Sequence record: NC_003287.2
Direction: 5' to 3' (one strand)
Length of the DNA: 6,407 nt
Source: Inovirus M13
In this document: positions 6,006 through 6,407 of the stretch, in pieces
How positions within the stretch are numbered: the first letter of the stretch is position 1
Layout of the letters: the number at the start of each line of letters is the position of its first letter
Notes under the pieces: generated by a model
Database searches by the model: none
Seen by the model: only the letters and a program-made list of their open reading frames with translations
What the model was told of the DNA's origin: nothing
Program-made: the position numbers and the translations under genes

Positions 6006-6407
6006 ATGATTGACATGCTAGTTTTACGATTACCGTTCATCGATTCTCTTGTTTGCTCCAGACTCTCAGGCAATGACCTGATAGCCTTTGTAGACCTCTC
6101 AAAAATAGCTACCCTCTCCGGCATGAATTTATCAGCTAGAACGGTTGAATATCATATTGATGGTGATTTGACTGTCTCCGGCCTTTCTCACCCTTTTGAA
6201 TCTTTACCTACACATTACTCAGGCATTGCATTTAAAATATATGAGGGTTCTAAAAATTTTTATCCTTGCGTTGAAATAAAGGCTTCTCCCGCAAAAGTAT
6301 TACAGGGTCATAATGTTTTTGGTACAACCGATTTAGCTTTATGCTCTGAGGCTTTATTGCTTAATTTTGCTAATTCTTTGCCTTGCCTGTATGATTTATT
6401 GGATGTT
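6006..6407 (+). CDS. gII: Gene II, N-terminal part (pII replication initiator nickase); partial in linear view, continues in frame at 1..831 across the circular junction
   Basis: ATG at 6006 gives MIDMLVLRLPFIDSLVCSRLSGNDLIAFVDLSKIATLSG..., the recognised pII N-terminus. It runs to the window end with no stop; 402 nt = 134 codons, so it joins frame 1 at position 1. A -35/-10 promoter lies just upstream. Confidence 0.95.
   Translation, partial: MIDMLVLRLPFIDSLVCSRLSGNDLIAFVDLSKIATLSGMNLSARTVEYHIDGDLTVSGLSHPFESLPTHYSGIAFKIYEGSKNFYPCVEIKASPAKVLQGHNVFGTTDLALCSEALLLNFANSLPCLYDLLDV

Noticed and set aside
1-6407. A previously undescribed defence or other novel system
   Set aside because: Every coding region and the non-coding region are accounted for by the well-characterised Ff phage gene set; there is no unexplained sequence space large enough to hide an additional system.

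Overview
This window is not a novel system. It is a complete, linearised genome of an Ff-class filamentous coliphage (Inovirus; M13/f1/fd family), recognised by direct reading of the encoded proteins and the intergenic origin region. All eleven canonical genes are on the + strand in the canonical order II(X)-V-VII-IX-VIII-III-VI-I(XI)-IV, followed by the structured intergenic region (packaging signal, minus- and plus-strand origins). Gene II is split by the linearisation point: its N-terminal 134 codons are at 6006..6407 and continue in frame at 1..831, which means the 6407-nt window is exactly one circular genome. The intergenic region is contiguous with no lacZ-alpha/polylinker insert, so it looks like a wild-type-like phage rather than an M13mp vector. 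Mature pVIII residue 12 is Asn, which I recall as M13-type; gene III here starts with ATG. The supplied ORF track used alternative start codons and a length cut-off, so it over-extends genes III, I and IV, truncates gene II, and misses genes VII and IX and the nested genes X and XI. All minus-strand ORFs and the ORFs overlapping the Gly-rich repeats and intergenic region are judged spurious. Exact strain assignment and any point differences need an alignment I cannot run.
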